Assembly: GCF_000012345.1 (NCBI RefSeq)
Contig: NC_007205.1
Coordinates: 1,050,001-1,082,000, forward strand
Direction: 5' to 3'
DNA length: 32,000 bases
From: Candidatus Pelagibacter ubique HTCC1062
GTDB taxonomy: Bacteria > Pseudomonadota > Alphaproteobacteria > Pelagibacterales > Pelagibacteraceae
In this document: positions 28,532-32,000 of the stretch, piece after piece
Layout of the letters: the number at the start of each line of letters is the position of its first letter
How positions within the stretch are numbered: the stretch's first letter is position 1
Notes under the pieces: generated by a model
Database searches by the model: none
Told to the model about the DNA's origin: nothing
The model's input: only the letters and a program-made list of their open reading frames with translations
Made by a program: the position numbers and the translations under genes

Positions 28532-31500
28532 TTAATTTAACTCTATGTTTAGTGCTAATGATTTAATTTCTTTAACTAGAACGTTGAATGACTCTGGAAT
28601 TCCAGACTCAAAATTTTCTTCACCTTTAACAATCGTTTCGTAAACTTTAACTCTTCCAGCAACGTCATCTGACTTAACTGTTAAAATTTCTTGTAATGTG
28701 TACGAAGCTCCATACGCTTCAAGAGCCCACACTTCCATTTCACCAAATCTTTGTCCACCAAGTTGTGCTTTACCACCCAATGGCTGCTGTGTAACAAGAC
28801 TATAAGGACCAGTAGATCTTGCGTGAATTTTATCCTCAACCAAGTGATGCAGTTTAAGCATATAAATAATACCAACGGTTACAGGTCTATCAAACATTTC
28901 ACCTGTTCTACCATCCCATAAATTAGTTTGACCTGAAGTAGGTAGTTTTGCTAACTCAAGCATTTCAGAAACATCTTTTTCTTTAGCTCCATCAAATACT
29001 GGAGTTGAAATAGCTATACCATTTTGTAAGTTTTCACATAAATCTGAAAATTCAGTTTTGTTTAATTTTTCAATTCCACCATCAAACACTTCTTTACCAT
29101 AAACAGATTTTAGGAATGATGAAATTTTTTCAGTTTTTTCAAATTTTTTATTATTTTCATTAACTAATCTTTTAACTTCTTCACCAAATTCTTTACAAGC
29201 CCAACCAAGGTGAGTTTCTAAGATTTGACCTACGTTCATACGACTTGGAACTCCAAGTGGATTTAATACAATGTCAACAGGTCTGCCATCTTCTCTATAA
29301 GGCATATCTTCAACAGGGACAATTTTACTGACTACACCCTTGTTTCCGTGTCTACCTGACATCTTATCACCTGGTCTTAATCTTCTTTTAATCGCAACGA
29401 AAACTTTTACCATTTTCATAACACTTGGTAATAAATCATCGCCACTTCTAATTTTTAAAACCTTATCTTCAAATCTTTCTTGAATATCTTGTTTTGCTTG
29501 ATTGTATTGATCTTTTAATTGAGCAATACTCGCTTCATCATTAACATTGCCTACTGTTATCTTGAATACATCGTTAATATTAATTTTATTAATTATCTCA
29601 AGATCAAGTTTGGTACCTTCGTCTAAATCTTTTATTTTTTTAGTTAAAGAAGCTCCTGATAAAATTTGATTAGCTCTTTGTTTTATGCTTCTTTCTAGAA
29701 TTTCTTCCTCTACAATTTTGTCTTGTTGAACAGTATCAATTTCTGCTCTTTCAATTGTAATAGATCTTTCATCTTTTTCTATACCATGTCTATTAAATAC
29801 TCTAACATCAACAACCGTTCCACTGCTTCCTCTAGACATTTTTAATGATGTGTCAGTTACATCGATTGCTTTTTCACCAAAAATAGATCTTAATAATTTT
29901 TCCTCAGGTCCAGATGCTGAATCTCCTTTAGGTGTAACTTTACCAACTAATATATCACCAGCTTTTACTTCAGCGCCAATATAAACAATTCCAGATTCAT
30001 CAAGGTTTTTTAGGGCTTCTTCATTTACATTTGGAATATCTCTAGTAATTTCTTCTTCACCCAATTTTGTATCTCTAGCCATAACTTCATATTCAACAAT
30101 ATGAACTGATGTAAATACATCGTCTGTAACACATCTTTCTGAAATTAAAATAGAATCTTCAAAATTGTAACCTTGCCAAGGCATAAATGCTACTGTCACA
30201 TTTTTTCCGAGTGCTAACTCACCTAGTTTAGTAGATGGTCCGTCAGCAATAATATCTCCTGATTTAACTTTATCACCTACTCTAACAAGTGGTTTTTGGT
30301 TAATACATGTATTTTGGTTTGATCTTTTAAATTTTTGCAGGTTATAAATATCCACACCTGATTTAGTGAAATCCGTTTCTTCAGTTGCTTTGATTACAAT
30401 TCTTTTTCCGTCAATTTTATCAACTGTACCATCACGACTAGCAACAATAGTTACACCTGAATCAAGAGCAACATCACTTTCAATTCCGGTACCAACTAAA
30501 GGAGACTCTGGTTTTAATAAAGGAACCGCTTGTCTCATCATGTTAGATCCCATTAGAGCTCTGTTCGCATCATCATTTTCTAAGAAAGGGATTAGAGAGG
30601 CTGCAACAGAAACTAACTGTTTAGGTGAAACATCAATATAATCAATTTTACTTGGATTTGATAAAACGAAGTTTAAATTTTCCCTACAAGGAACAAGTTC
30701 TTCTAAAATTTTTCCAGATTTATCTATTTTTGCATTAGCTTGAGCAATTGTATATTTTGTTTCTTCCATCGCTGAAAGATATTCAACTTTATCTTGAACT
30801 ATACCGTTTAGAACTTTTTTATAAGGACTTTCAATAAAACCATACTTATTAATTTTAGCATAAGTAGATAAACTATTAATCAAACCAATGTTCGGTCCTT
30901 CAGGTGTTTCAATTGGACAAATTCTTCCGTAGTGAGTTGGATGAACGTCACGTACTTCAAACCCAGCTCTTTCTCTAGTTAACCCACCTGGTCCTAAAGC
31001 TGAAACTCTTCTTTTGTGTGTAATTTCTGATAATGGATTTGTTTGATCCATAAATTGAGAAAGTTGTGAACTTACAAAAAAATCTTTAAGAGAAACTGTT
31101 AATGGTTTTGCATTAATCAAATCTTGTGGCATTGCTGACTCAATATCAAGAGTTGTCATTTTTTCTTTAATCGCTCTTTCCATTCTGTAAACACCAATAC
31201 GCGCTTGGTTTTCAACAAGTTCACCAACAGATCTTACTCTTCTGTTACCTAAGTGATCAATATCATCAACTTCATCTTTACCATCTCTTAAATCTAACAT
31301 TTTATGAACGATAGCAATTATGTCGTCATTTCTTAAAATTGTAATTTTATCAGAACACTCAAGGTTCAGTCTCGAGTTCATCTTAACTCTACCAACATCA
31401 GAAAGGTCGTATCTATCTGAACTAAAGAACAGATTGTTAAATATCTGTGTAGCAATCTCAACTGTTGGTGGTTCACCTGGTCTTAAAACCTTGTAAATTT

Positions 31501-32000
31501 CAGTAATTGCATCATTTTTTGAATTATTTTTATCATTTAAAATTGTTGTTAATAAATAAGGTCCTTTATTAATAGAATTAGTAATAGAAATTTCAATTGA
31601 GCTAATATTAGCCTCTAAAATTTGCTTAATAATAGTGTCATTTAACTCTGTACCTATTCCAAAAGTACCTTCTTCTTCATCATCACTAACTTTAACTTCA
31701 TTATGCAAATATTTTCCAATCAAAGACTCTTGAGATACAAGAATGTCTTTAAGCCCATCTGAAGCTAACTTTTTAGCAGTTAAAAAATTAATTTTATCAC
31801 CAAGCTTAATTACAACATTTCCTGTTTTAGCATCAGTAACTTCTTCAGAAAAATTTTTTGCTTTGTAGTTTTCAGGATTAAATTTTGTTTTCCATTTACC
31901 TGTTTTTGCATCAAACGAATAAGTGTCTTTATCATAAAACTCATCAGCAATTTCTGATTTAGTTAAACCTAAAGCCATCAAAAGAGTTGAAGCAAATATT
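28532..32000 (-). CDS. rpoB: DNA-directed RNA polymerase subunit beta, C-terminal ~1155 aa; 5' end lies beyond the window
   Basis: Rif-cluster region '[30 protein letters not shown]' and '[13 protein letters not shown]'. The frame stays open past the listed start (31979-31981 is TTG, upstream codons read ..IFASTL) to position 32000. Confidence 0.98.
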   Translation of the reverse strand, partial: IFASTLLMALGLTKSEIADEFYDKDTYSFDAKTGKWKTKFNPENYKAKNFSEEVTDAKTGNVVIKLGDKINFLTAKKLASDGLKDILVSQESLIGKYLHNEVKVSDDEEEGTFGIGTELNDTIIKQILEANISSIEISITNSINKGPYLLTTILNDKNNSKNDAITEIYKVLRPGEPPTVEIATQIFNNLFFSSDRYDLSDVGRVKMNSRLNLECSDKITILRNDDIIAIVHKMLDLRDGKDEVDDIDHLGNRRVRSVGELVENQARIGVYRMERAIKEKMTTLDIESAMPQDLINAKPLTVSLKDFFVSSQLSQFMDQTNPLSEITHKRRVSALGPGGLTRERAGFEVRDVHPTHYGRICPIETPEGPNIGLINSLSTYAKINKYGFIESPYKKVLNGIVQDKVEYLSAMEETKYTIAQANAKIDKSGKILEELVPCRENLNFVLSNPSKIDYIDVSPKQLVSVAASLIPFLENDDANRALMGSNMMRQAVPLLKPESPLVGTGIESDVALDSGVTIVASRDGTVDKIDGKRIVIKATEETDFTKSGVDIYNLQKFKRSNQNTCINQKPLVRVGDKVKSGDIIADGPSTKLGELALGKNVTVAFMPWQGYNFEDSILISERCVTDDVFTSVHIVEYEVMARDTKLGEEEITRDIPNVNEEALKNLDESGIVYIGAEVKAGDILVGKVTPKGDSASGPEEKLLRSIFGEKAIDVTDTSLKMSRGSSGTVVDVRVFNRHGIEKDERSITIERAEIDTVQQDKIVEEEILERSIKQRANQILSGASLTKKIKDLDEGTKLDLEIINKININDVFKITVGNVNDEASIAQLKDQYNQAKQDIQERFEDKVLKIRSGDDLLPSVMKMVKVFVAIKRRLRPGDKMSGRHGNKGVVSKIVPVEDMPYREDGRPVDIVLNPLGVPSRMNVGQILETHLGWACKEFGEEVKRLVNENNKKFEKTEKISSFLKSVYGKEVFDGGIEKLNKTEFSDLCENLQNGIAISTPVFDGAKEKDVSEMLELAKLPTSGQTNLWDGRTGEMFDRPVTVGIIYMLKLHHLVEDKIHARSTGPYSLVTQQPLGGKAQLGGQRFGEMEVWALEAYGASYTLQEILTVKSDDVAGRVKVYETIVKGEENFESGIPESFNVLVKEIKSLALNIELN

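Noticed and set aside
31979-31981. Listed start of the rpoB ORF (TTG at 31979-31981, reported as Met).
   Set aside because: The frame remains open to the window end, and about 200 N-terminal residues of a normal beta subunit are missing. This is an internal Leu codon, not the start.
1-32000. Scan for CRISPR repeats, IS/transposase or integrase genes, phage genes, toxin-antitoxin pairs, defence islands, and tRNA or rRNA genes.
   Set aside because: Every ORF longer than 100 aa except one small secreted protein is confidently assigned to housekeeping functions. No spaced direct-repeat arrays, terminal inverted repeats or compositionally deviant islands were seen by eye. A computational repeat search was not possible.

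Overview
This is a strongly A/T-rich, extremely compact window, roughly 30% G+C by eye (not computed). It reads as core housekeeping DNA of a streamlined alphaproteobacterium. Composition, gene order (secY-adk-rpsM-rpsK-rpoA-rplQ with no rpsD or rpmJ) and near-zero spacers suggest Pelagibacterales/SAR11. That assignment is an inference, not a database result.

Left third (1-8190): the 3' part of topA, a small secreted Lys-rich protein, a RidA-family protein, ugd-galU, panC, mgtE, lipB and an RluA-family pseudouridine synthase.

Remaining ~24 kb (8215-32000, all on the minus strand): one uninterrupted array, rpoB(partial)-rpoC-rpsL-rpsG-fusA-rpsJ-rplCDWB-rpsS-rplV-rpsC-rplP-rpmC-rpsQ-rplNXE-rpsNH-rplFR-rpsE-rplO-secY-adk-rpsMK-rpoA-rplQ.

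I see no tRNA or rRNA genes, CRISPR arrays, transposases, integrases, phage genes, defence genes or convincing Rho-independent terminators. I do not find a novel multi-gene system here and will not claim one.

Features worth a second look:
- A 171-bp, locally G+C-enriched rpoC-rpsL spacer with a good promoter match and a possibly structured ~100-nt leader.
- A perfect 15-bp palindrome centred in the mgtE/lipB divergent spacer.
- An A10-C-A12 tract with in-frame A_AAA_AAG heptamers inside topA.
- Gene-order deviations: no tuf after fusA, no rpmD between rpsE and rplO, and a C-terminally shortened L24.
- Convergent and divergent gene pairs that overlap or nearly abut, leaving no room for classical terminators or promoters.
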